A stretch of DNA of 64,000 bases. It comes from Camelus dromedarius. Its lineage: Eukaryota. Within the stretch, counting starts at the first letter, position 1. Every line of letters starts with the position of its first letter. The DNA lies in assembly GCF_036321535.1 (NCBI RefSeq), contig NC_087436.1, forward strand, positions 85,562,001-85,626,000. Reading direction: 5' to 3'. A program made the translations under genes and the position numbers. The notes below the pieces were generated by a model. The model was given only the letters and a program-made list of their open reading frames with translations, did not search any database and was not told the DNA's origin. Positions 50,936-61,978 of this stretch are shown in pieces.

Positions 50936-52936
50936 GATGTTGAAGACCATCTTCTCAGCATGTGAAATCTTGTCATCAGGGCAGCTTCCAACATGATTCA
51001 GGAAGTTTACTGAAAACAAGATAGTGCCGAGGAAGTTGACCTGTCTTTCCCTCACCCCCTCTGCCCTACTCTGGTGTAATTGAAAACGAATTGAACAAGA
51101 CCCAAAGATTTCATCAGAGTATGCATTAAATTTCTTTCTTTAAACAACAAAAAAGGGTTGGGGGGATGGCTTGGGAAAGGGAAACAGGAAAAGCAGGAGA
51201 CATGAAGAAACACTCTTGGTGCTCATGAGTTGGAACACAATCCTGCCCCGTGATGTCCCCATGCCTGGGATTTGATCCTTGTAAAGTGAAGAAATCTTGA
51301 CTGACTTGCTTCCCATGGCCATTTGCTTTCTTCTTCATGCCTCACTTTTATTGTTTTTATTTTTATTTTTATTTTTTTATTTTATTGTATAGTGTCTGGC
51401 TCCAAGATGTTTGTTGTCTGACTTGAAAATTTCTAACCAGAAACTTGCTGGGAGAACAAAATTAGACAAAGGGAAAGTAAGAAAATAAGACCTTGGAGTC
51501 TTTCCCTTTGGAGCAGGGAGGGTATTCCCAGCAGCTAATCGTGGGCTGACTTTTCTTGTCCAAAACTTGGTCTCCCAAAGCAGGAGTGTACCTCCCAGAG
51601 TGCACTTCTGACTCACTGCACTCAGGATAAGTTCATTCCTTATAAAAGCACCAGATCGTAGCATGATGGTCCTGGAAAAGAACCTCAATGATCCTATGCT
51701 CCAGCAAGCCCTCAACTTTAGCTATTTGAGAAATATTTATGTATATAGTCATACGAGCATGCCATCTTTACTACCACTAACCTAATACTTTTCTTTAAAT
51801 CAACTAACTTTCAAATAAATAAGCCTAAATAAATTCATGTGTGTATTTGGATTTACTTATCAAATACATTTAATTTAAAAGGGCACTTTTATTAGAACCA
51901 TGAATAGAAACTCAGTATCACTTTTCTAAATGAAAGAATACAGTAAGAAATAAATGTAAATGAAAACCAAATGTCATTAAATTCTAGCTGGAAGGTGTTG
52001 CCTGTCAAAGGCTCAGAGCCTAAAGTCCATTCTGTCTTTGTTCAGAAAGGGGGCTGGTCCCTGCCCTCATGGATCTTACACTTTAGTGGGGAAAGGAGAC
52101 AGGCAATAACAAATAAATAAATAAATGTATAAAGTGGTGTCGAGCAGTAATAAGAGATATGAGGGGGCACATGAGACCAGACTTGAAAGCTCCCGGCTCA
52201 AATAATGATCGGTGATATTTCCTGCACCATCCTCAGGACTTTAAATATGTATTTCTTGTTATCCCTAAAACAACCCTGGAATGTGGATTTTATTACGGGC
52301 ATCTTACAGACATTAAAACTGAGGCACTGAGGAGTTAACAAATTTGAGAAGTCCTACTGCTAGTAAGGGTCAAAGTTAGTATTTGAACCTTCTTTTGAAT
52401 GCCCAACTTTTCCAGTGTCTCAGTTCATCAGTCACTTCCACTCCCAGGGACCTCAGAGAAGCCTTAATCATGACTGTGGCACATGTACCTTAACCACGCA
52501 TGAACTCACCTTTTCCTTCTACTGTCTTTTGTGTTCATTTCCCATGGGAACCTGTACCACTGTGAAATCCTGAGATATCTGCTTCAATGCAGCACAGTCT
52601 TGAGCATCAGGAAGTTTTTTTTTTTTTCTTCTTGTTTTTAATATACATGATAGTAAATTTCAGCTTTAATGACTTATGAGAGCTGCCATTATTATCTTTT
52701 CTAGTAACACTGCATCTAAATGATTCCATTCGAGCTGTTGAATGAGAAAAGAAAATAACAGATCTTGTCCTCCATCCACTTAGAGCACCATTTGGCCTGG
52801 GCCTTAATTTTGGAAGTTAGGAAGAATTTGTGTGCAGAGGGACCAGGGAAGTCTGCCTTCCTAGAAAAGAAGGTTTAGAGTCAAAACCAAGTGGTTCCAA
52901 GGCAATCTGCATATTCATCCAATCATTCATTTAATT

Positions 52937-53183
52937 CAGGAGTCAGCAAACCATGACCCTCAGGCTAAATCCAAACCTGTACTTGTTTTTGTAAATAAAG
53001 TTTTATTGGAACACAGCCATGCTTATGGGTGTGTGAGAGAGAGAGAGAGAGAGGGAGAGAGAGAGAGAATGGCTGCTTCCATGCTACAATGGCAGAGCTG
53101 AGAAGTTGCAACAGAGACTTTGTCTGAAAAGCCAAAAGTGTTTACTGTCTGACTCTTTACAGAAAAAGCTTCGCTGATTCCTG
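52937..53183 (+). mobile_element. MER58A hAT-Charlie element containing a (GT)(GA)n microsatellite
   Basis: TIRs CAGGAGTCAGCAAA / TTCGCTGATTCCTG; GTAAATAAAGTTTTATTGGAACACAGCCA; 8-bp TSD-like ATTTAATT / ATGAAATT. Confidence 0.9.
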
Positions 53184-53420
53184 ATGAAATTAATTGTTCA
53201 GAAAACCTGCCTTGAGCACTTACATGAGCCGTGCTTTGTACTAGGTGATGATTACACAGAGATGGGTCAGAGAGACTTCTTGGCTGTGAAGGTCAAAGTG
53301 CAGCATCTGGGGTTAACTATGGGAAAGGATTCTTTCCTGTGAAAAATTTAGAAAAGGCTTGAGAGACAAAAGGAACGAGGTCATGGTGGGGGTGGGTGGA
53401 AATTACAGACCATCAAGGAT

Positions 53421-54149
53421 GGAAGCAGAGGGAATTCTTCCCAACTCATTCTATGAAGCCAACATCACCCTAATGCCAAATACCAGAAAAAGACATTACA
53501 AGAAAACCACAGACCAATATCTCTCATGAACACAGATGTAAAAAAATCCCAAACAAAATATTATCAAACTTAATCCAATAATGTGTAAAAAGAATTATAC
53601 ACCACAACCAAGTGGAATTTTTCCTAGATATGCAAGGCTGGTTCAACATTTGAAAATCAATTAATGCAATCCATTACATCAGCAGACTAAAAAGGAAAAT
53701 CACATGATCATATCAATAGATGCAGAAAAAGCATTTTCCTAGAATCTAACACCTGTTCAAAACAACAACAACAAAAAAACTATCAGTAAATTAGGAATAA
53801 AGGGGAACTTTCCTCAACTTGATAAAGAATATCTACCCAAATCCATAGCTAATGGCATACTTAATGGTGAGAAACTCATAGTTTTCCCACTAAGGTCAAG
53901 TACAAGGCAAGGATGTCCCTCTCTCCACTCCTTTCAACATCATACTGAAAGACCTAGCTAATGCAAAAGGACAAGAAAAAGGATATAAAAGGCACACAGA
54001 CTGAGAAGGAAGAAATAAAACTGTCTTTGTTCACAGGTGACATGATTCTCTACACAGAAAATCCAAAAGAATAAACAAAAACACTCCTTGAACTAATAAG
54101 TGATTATAGCAAGGTTGTAGAATACAACATTAATATACAAAAGTCAACT
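53421..54149 (+). mobile_element. Decayed L1 ORF2 reverse-transcriptase region (old L1M)
   Basis: Motifs LPNSFYEANITL, RPISLMN, MQGWFNI, HMIISIDAEKAF, TRQGCPLS, LSLFTGDMILY with frameshifts and stops. Confidence 0.9.
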
Positions 54150-54367
54150 GTACAACAGCAAAAGTGAACTGTAATGTGAACTATGGACTTTGGGTGATTA
54201 TGATGTGTCAACGTAGGTTCATCAGCTGTAACAAACGTACACTCTGGTGGGAGGTGTCAATAATGGGAGCCTATGCGTGTGTGGCAGCAGGACTGTATAT
54301 GGAAAATTTCTGTTCCTTTGCTTCCATTTTGCCATGAATCTTAAAATGTCCTAAAAAAATAAAGACA
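54150..54367 (+). mobile_element. L1MC1/2-like 3' end
   Basis: ACTATGGACTTTGGGTGATTATGATGTGTCAACGTAGGTTCATCAGCTGTAACAAA...AAAAATAAAG. Confidence 0.8.
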
Positions 54368-54409
54368 GTAAAAAGAAAAAAATTTAAAGTAATTGTGTGG
54401 GCCATAAAA

Positions 54410-54660
54410 TATCGTGGTTAGAGTGTAGGCTCCCTTGCATTTTATTCCAGCTCTACTGCTTCCTACGTGTGACTTTAGGCAAGATGCTCAAACTGCCTAT
54501 GTTTTCTCTGTAAGGTTAGGTTCTATAAAATCGGGATGAAAAATGTTAGTAACAATGTCTGGGTTTTTAAGAGGAATAATGAGATAATAGCATATGTAAA
54601 GTGCTTGAAAAGATGCCTGGTGTACTGTAATTACTTGGTAAATATTGGCTCTTAGCATCT
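54410..54660 (+). mobile_element. MIR SINE
   Basis: GTGGTTAGAGTGTAGGCTC...GTGTGACTTTAGGCAAG...GCATATGTAAAGTGCTT. Confidence 0.7.
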
Positions 54661-54990
54661 ATTACTTGGAAGGTATTGGAGGCGTCATGTGTTCTTGCTT
54701 CATTCCATTTGGTATGATGGATAAAGAGGGATGTCAGTGAACTCAGATGAGTTGACTTCTTAACAGCTATGGAGAGAAGAGGCTCAGAAATCTATCCTAA
54801 TCTAATAAGTTTTTCATTTTTTAAAATTATTATTATCATCACTAGAGCCCAGGTGCTAGTTGAAAGTATCCATATATTTGTTCTGTTATGATTTGTTGTT
54901 AGATGCCATTTACAATAGAACCTGTGCTGGTGCTAGATAGTTTGAGTGTGGAGAAGACAAGTGAGGGTAACAGTGAAAAGAGATGCCTCT

Positions 54991-55415
54991 TGCATCAGTC
55001 AGGAAGTATCGGTTATGCTTTGGTAACAAATTCACCCCCAAATCCCAATGGCTTAACACAACACAGGTTTATTGTTCACTCTACATGTCCATCTTGGGTC
55101 ACTGAGGGGCTCTGCTCCACAGTTACTCAGGGACCCTGGGTTGACAGATGCTTCTCCATCTTGAATCTGTATCATCTGAAATATGCAGACGACTCCCTGG
55201 TCACTGTGATAAGGATATGAAAACCTGGAGAATCATGCCAGGGGCTCTCAGTAACTCAGCCTACAGGGACTAATGTCACTTCTGCTCATGTTGTTCTGGC
55301 CAGAATTAGCCAAAAGTCTCTATTCAACTGCAAGAGGGTTGAGAAGCACAAGCTCCCAAGTTCCCAGAAGGAGAGGAGAACTGGACATGAGTGAACTCCA
55401 GCGGTGTCTACCACA
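54991..55415 (-). mobile_element. MaLR LTR (MLT1J-like)
   Basis: CAGTCAGGA...GGTTATGCTTTGGTAACAAA...TGGCTTAACACAACA...TCTACCACA. Confidence 0.75.
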
Positions 55416-56871
55416 CTTCCTCCCAAGGACTCCATCTCAGTATCAGTGGAACAGCAAGATTCCCAGACAACAAGTGACAGCAGAGTCATTCCACACCCCA
55501 ACAGGTGATGCATGTTCTCAGTGGCATTCCTCAGAGAGAATGTTGGCTCAATAGTTTTCCAAGATCTCCTAGGTTTCCTATTTTTCCCCTTCTTTGTGTC
55601 ATTAAACTCAAATTCCAATTTAATGCTAATAGTCCAACAACTATGTCAAAATATAGAGCCTCAATTTCACAGGGTCCTGCTTATGCAGCCACTACTGCTT
55701 AGGAATTTCAGGCTTTGGAAGACAGTCAACATTGTGGCTCACATTCAGTTCAATTCCATTCACTCTCCTCTCACTTCTCAGTCTATTTTAATGGTTCTCC
55801 CTTGTGTGCTGACACAGGGAAAGAATCTATACCATTTCTCCTTTAATAATGGGCACACTGGTCCCAGGACTCAAGATTCTGACTTCCAGCTGCATTGACC
55901 AAATGGCAATTGTAGAAATTCAAAGAAAATGTATATTTGTGACCTGGAGAAGACCATCTGGCTGCTCACATAAGTCCTTCCAAAGTGGTATTTGTTCTGA
56001 TGGTCAAAGTGTGTCCTAAGATGCTTCTGGAAAAGGCAGTTGCACAATTAAATATGTTTAAGATTCTCTTCATACTATCTCTTCTTCTGAGACTGTTGGT
56101 GAAAGAGCCTATTAAATATTCTGAAAAGCACCCAGAATAAAGCAAGACGGCATTCTTTAACTCAGCAGTTTGAGAATGTGCTTGACCAGAGAACTCTGTT
56201 CTTTTGGCATAAAACTCATGAACACACGGTGGGAAAATTTTCTTTGGAACATATTCTAGAGGTCAACCAAGGAAAATTCACCACAATGATCCAAGGTCTT
56301 ACTTGACACCACAGCTAGAGTAGGCTGGCCTTTTAGAAGCGGGATCTCTAATCAAGAAGTGTATACGTCTCAGATGAAGTTATTTATGCTTGGCATTTGC
56401 TGGAGATGGTGGGTGGCAGGGAAGGGGTGTGAGTGGGGACATAAGTGAAACAAAAGTGGCCATTGTTAGTTGATGACTTATTTTAGATGGGTAATTGCTA
56501 CATGAGGCTTCTTTATACAACTCTCTGCTTTTGTGTTTGTTCAAGATTTTTCCTGAAAAAAAATTTATTTTTAAAAGGAAATATTTAAACCAGAATGCCT
56601 TCTGCTTTATTTGTAATAGTAGAAATAACATGAGTAAATGAATTTTATTCCAAGGTTTGTTCTAAACACTTTACATGCATTCTGTCTCTCACTCATCATT
56701 ACATCTGATGAGGAAGATGTTCATTATTGTCCTCATTTTATAGATTAAAAAAACAAACAAAAGAAAACAAATGAAACAAAAAAACCAGAGGCTTGGAAAT
56801 AGACATTGCTTAAGTTTTTACTTATTTATTTATTTACATGTTTGTTTGATTTTGTGTGTGTGTGTATGTTT

Positions 56872-57338
56872 AGAGATATAAAATATGTCAAAAATGAAAT
56901 TGAAGCTATAAAGAAGAGTGAAGTAGAATTGGTAAACTCATTGGCTGAGATGAGAACGGATCTAAAGGCTGTGCAAAGCAGACTTGATAATGCAGAGGAA
57001 CGAATTAGTGACCTAGAAGGCAGGACAATAGAAAGCACCCGATCAGAACAGCTATAAGATAAACAAATAAAAACAAATGAAAATAGCATAAGGGACCTAT
57101 GGGATAATATAAAGCATGCCAATCTTTGCATAATAGGGGTCCCAGAAGGGGAAGAAAGATGAAAGGGGATTGAAAAGTTTTTGAAGAAATCATGACTGAA
57201 AACTTCCCAAACTTAAAGAAGGAATCAGCTATCCAAGTACAGGAAGCTCAGAGGGTCCCAAACAGGAAGAACCCAAATAGACCCAAACCAAGACATATCA
57301 TAATCAAGATGGCCAGAGTCAAGGATAAAGAAATGATT
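56872..57338 (+). mobile_element. L1 ORF1 internal fragment (coiled-coil end plus RRM), pseudogenised
   Basis: SRLDNAEERISDLE...IRDLWDNIKHANLCIIGVPEGEE...IMTENFPNLKK...QEAQRVP...PRHIIIKM; two stops and one frameshift. Confidence 0.92.
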
Positions 57339-57420
57339 TTTTAAATGGAGGTACTGGGGATTGAACCCAGGACCTCATGTGTGCTAAGCACACACTGTAC
57401 CACTGAGCTCTACCCTCCCC
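57337..57420 (-). mobile_element. Camelid tRNA-derived SINE (Vic-1-like) head
   Basis: ATGGAGGTACTGGGGATTGAACCCAGGACCTC...CCACTGAGCTCTACCCTCCCC. Confidence 0.92.
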
Positions 57421-59829
57421 GCAGGGCCTGTACTCTTAACAAGTATGTTATACACTAGCTGCAAAGAAGACCAGCACTCATGACCTCTGACCAGCACAGC
57501 TTTTCCCTAAAGGCAAGCTGTGTGGGAAGGCAAACTATAATCAAGGTTGTTTGCCATGTATGTAGAAAGAAACTACGTAGATACATAGACTCTCAGAACT
57601 GGAACAGGCTTCACGCGTGTAGCTTCTGCCCAATGCAACCTCTGTCTTTGTTATTCTGCACACAGGGGCATCAATACAATTTCTTCCCTTTTTTCACGAC
57701 AATAAGTGTCTTTCAAGGAAATGGAAACCAAACTGAGGATACCAATACTGCTCCAGACCTGTTAACCAGTTTTAAAACCTTCTGATCCCAAGCTTTCCAG
57801 AGGGCAAACACACTATTTAAGTACAGATAATCCTCTCCTTATGATTTCTTCAGTTAAATGCATGAACTGGAATAAAACTTTGCTCTAAATAAAAATAGTG
57901 CCTATTTTGCTTGCCATCAAAAATGGCGATAGCAACCATGCCCAGTCATTTTCACCTATGGTCACATTACTGATTTCTACCTAATTTCTGAGGCATTTCC
58001 CCAAAGACTATTAACCCCATCATGTCCAGTAAGCAACGAATGTGAAAGGGCTATTGAAAATAAGTATACTGTTGCAATTTTTCTTTTAACTTGAAAGTGG
58101 AGAGAAAATCACAAATGTTGCTTGTATGGCAACATTGTGGATTTGCTGATAAATAACGGACCCATATACAGTTTTCCATAACCCAAGGGGGATTGCTTCT
58201 ATACTCCAAAAAGAGGAATGTTTTCAGGATAACTTTCTCAGCAATAAAAGTCTTTTTGAGGAAAACAAATAAATGCAAACAAATAGTGTGTGTGTGAGTT
58301 TCATTAGGTCAAATAATGTGTAATTTGTATGGGAGGGTAGAAGGCTTTTTTTGTATTAAAGCAACTTACATCAGTCCTGTCTTTAAAATCTTTGTGGCAT
58401 TCCAAGAAGACTTACCTGAGTCAAGTTTCCACTTAGAAGCAACAATCTTCCTAAATCAGTCACTGAAAACGAGAAGGTATTTCTTTATGCACATCCATTT
58501 CCAATCGTAATTTTGTTTGTGAACAAAAGAGAACACTAATTACTATATTAACTGAATTTTATCCCAACAGGGCACAGAAAGCTGCAATCAGAGAATCAAG
58601 AATCTCCAAATAGCAGCAGCTGCCATGTGCTCATCCCTGAGCCAATCACTGCAAAGGATTTTAGAATATGTGCTGGGATTGACCAGGCCCTTCCCGGGGG
58701 GAGGGGCGAGGGGAGGGAAACTCTGCCCAAACCATACAGACTAAGCATATCTGGGATAGGGGGAACTCACTCTCCAAAGAACAGGATGCGAGAGGGCACA
58801 TCATATGCCCATCGTGGGGCCAAACCAACAATAAAAAAAGACAGTCTATATGTATATAGCAAGATGCTCAATAGAAGTATAACTAGAATTCTAGAACTTA
58901 TAACTTCTAACAAGCCATGTTCCTGCTTCTGCTTTGAGAGGGTATATTCTTAATCCCCAAATGCTATTGCTAGGCAAAAGCATCTAAGGAAATATACTGA
59001 CAAGAGTAAGGAGAATGAGATAGGGTATAAGGATGCTTAGAATGGAGACAGTGAAGAGAAGGTGGGCCTTCTGATTGGGGTGGGTGGTAGAGGAAGGAAT
59101 CATATAGTCAGTCACCACTCTCAGTCCTGTTCTAGAAAATTCTGCTTGTCTTTTGATTGGATGACAAGACTGAGTTCTTTCAAAAACACTTAGCCACTTG
59201 CTGCGTTTAAGCTGTTTACACGCTCACTTCTTGGGGTCACAAGCTAGCCTTGGTCTTCAAGAGGCTTGTTTGCCACAGGGCAAAGCAAAGGCCAGGTGAG
59301 CAGTCTGAGTCTGAAGAGAGTGGGAATACAGGACTTCCAGCCTTTTCAAGTCTGAAGATAAAACAGATTTTGTTTACTTTCAAAAATCCACTCCCATATC
59401 GTAGGCAGGTTTCTGGAAAAGAACCTAGTTGCCCCCATCTCTTATGAAAAGTACAGCAAAGCATTCCTGAAAGGGCTGCTTGCAATTTAAAGCAGAGCTA
59501 GATTTCATTTTTTTTTCCCATGCTTGTCCATTTGACCTTGGGTCTTTGTTTCCCTAGAGAAAAGTCTGAGGTTCCCGAAGAATCATGGTGTGTTTGCTGT
59601 AGTATTTCTCAGCCTTTTCCTTTTTCCCTTTCCCCTTCTAGCTTAGCTCTTTACCTTTTCAAATAAAACGTGCTTCTGAGAGCTTTGCATCTTCAGGGGT
59701 CCTCACTGGAAAGTCTTTAAGGATTTCTTTGGGTGTACTATTTGTGTATGTGTGTGTTTGTGTCAACGTTTTCTTATGAGGAAGGCAATACTAATGAAAA
59801 AAGAGAGGCAACTCCTTCTCAGCTGGGCC

Positions 59830-60326
59830 AAAACCCGAGGCCTCTTCCTTACGTAAAACACTGAATATGCAAGCCCTGCTTTGCACACTCAAATTCTCGC
59901 CTTGCTCCAAGCTAACGGCTGACAGTCTCAGCAATGTGCTTGGAAATTCAGGTCACAGCCCGACAGCCTAACTGTGGGAAATGACGTATTCAGTAGGGCA
60001 TGAATAAAATGCAGCCATCAACGCAGTGGTATCTGCGGGGCTCCAGATCCTGCATTTCGGAGATTGTATTATGTGTAGATATCATTGCCTCCCGCTATTA
60101 TTTGCGTCTTTTGCCGGTGCTTTGTCTAACACTTGGTTACGTAGGATGCCATTCAGAGGCCGACAGGGTGGCTTCCAGAGTGGAAAGGGCTCCCTGTGCA
60201 AGTCTAAAGGGCACTGGCTGTCTACAACGAGACCTGACAATTACTAAAGTTTGCCAGTGTGCCTGCCTTTATGGAGAAGAAGTATTATGCGGCTACTGGA
60301 GATGGCAGGATATTCTGATACCTAAG
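59830..60326 (+). promoter_or_regulatory. Candidate promoter/first exon of an unidentified gene, ending at a consensus splice donor
   Basis: Non-repeat sequence with locally more CpGs; bZIP-type motifs TTACGTAA (59849), TGACGTA (59982), GTTACGTA (60136); donor AAG|GTGAGT at 60326/60327. Confidence 0.45.
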
Positions 60327-60599
60327 GTGAGTACACCCAGTGAGCCTACAACTTGGCTTTGGAATGGTTGCAACAGGAACTCATAATCCCAGGTTCCTGG
60401 GGGGAAATGGCAGTTCTTTAGTCTAAGAGCTGCAGATTGCTAGCAGTTAAGATGGTCACATGGTCCATCTAAGTAAACATTTTAATCACTTCTCATTGCT
60501 TTTAGGAAAAAGAAGAAAAAAGAAAAACCTCTTTAACATGGTCTATCCGTATATTGTCTTGAATCTCTAAATATTTCCCAGTTCTCATCTCTCACCACT

Positions 60600-61110
60600 G
60601 TCCACCTGAACTGAGTTCCATTTCAACCCCTCTTTGCCTGTCATACTTTTCCATCCACAGGGCCTCTGCATTGGCTTCTCCTGCCCAGAATTCTTCCTTC
60701 TCATCAACTTCTGTTCACCCACATCTCAGTCCAAGGGAAGCTGCCTCTGAGAAGCCTCCCTTGACATCTGAATGGGTCAGATCTCCTTGAATGTTTGTTT
60801 CCAGACATGAGGATGTAGAAAGCAGAAATGGCCCTCCTCCTCCTTTTAACTGTGAAACTCCTATTTAAACTTCAAAGCCCAGCTCAAATGTCTCCTTTGC
60901 TATAGAGTCATTCCTAATTCTCTAGGCACTCCCTGTGGTTCATGCTTTATCCTTAGCTCTTCTATATCACTGTAGATTTGTTTGGTTATTTATCTGCTTA
61001 CAATTCTATCTACTCAATTTTGTGCTCTTGAAGTACAAGAACTATGTCTTACTCATCCTTGTGTTCTGAGACCCTGTTCAGTTAATAAATGTTTGTTAAA
61101 TGAATGAGTG
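60600..61110 (+). mobile_element. L2 fragments
   Basis: TTCAAAGCCCAGCTCAAATGTCTCCT...AATAAATGTTTGTTAAATGAATGA terminus. Confidence 0.7.
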
Positions 61111-61589
61111 AAAAAGGAGAAAAAATAAATTGAAAGTATAGAAGGAAACAAATAGGATACCAGTCTTTATTTATAAACAGGGTGATGGTCATATCCCTGA
61201 GTATTCATTTATGTTTTGTTTAAACCAGACACCTTTTGGATTATAGACCCTGGTATACCGTTTGGAGTGAATTTCCAATTTTTTAAACCATACTTTTATT
61301 TTTTAACCATCATTTGTAGTTTAAAATACACTCTAACTCCCCCTCATTCTCATCTGGTGATGAGACCCTTAGCACATTTTCCACTCAGCAATCAGTCCTA
61401 ACCCACACAAACTTCCCTGGGAAGTGTTCTGATCAAGGTGAGGATGAGTCAATGTGATCATTTAAGCTCAGCTGATTTGCTAATTGGAAAAGGGCTACAG
61501 AGGAACTCGGTAGACAAAACAGAGTAATAAAGGCATTCAGGGGGAGAGATTCCAGAAAGGTATTATAACCCAGAAAAATTGCCATGTTC

Positions 61590-61978
61590 TCCTGCCCGTG
61601 AGCCCAAGCTCCTTAGCATGGCACGTGGGTCCTTGCCTATTTATCCACTTTCTCATGCTATCTACCCTCAAACTCTGCATTCCGGCCCCATTAAGACATT
61701 CTGACAATGTCTTTGTTCATGCTGTTGCTTGCGTCTACCCTGTTCTGCCCCTCTCTTTCTCTTGCTCTCCCCTTTCTCTCTCCCTCTCTGTCAGTCATCC
61801 TGCTGAATTCTTCCTTCTGAAAAGCTCTTCCTGACTCCTCCAGAGAGAATGTTTCCATTGCTTCTTGGACAGTCATTCTCTCCCAAGAGGATCAGGAACT
61901 TTAGTGCTCCCTGTTCCCTTGTGCCTGCCATTGCGTCAGGACCACAGCTCAATAAATACTTGTTGAATTGAATTGAAT
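61590..61978 (+). mobile_element. L2 3' fragment
   Basis: GCTCCTTAGCATGGCA...CTCAATAAATACTTGTTGAATTGAA. Confidence 0.65.

Noticed and set aside
60271..60318. Short MEKKYY... ORF as a way to name the host gene
   Set aside because: Stops after 15 codons, before the donor; I could not match it confidently to a known protein, so no gene symbol is assigned.
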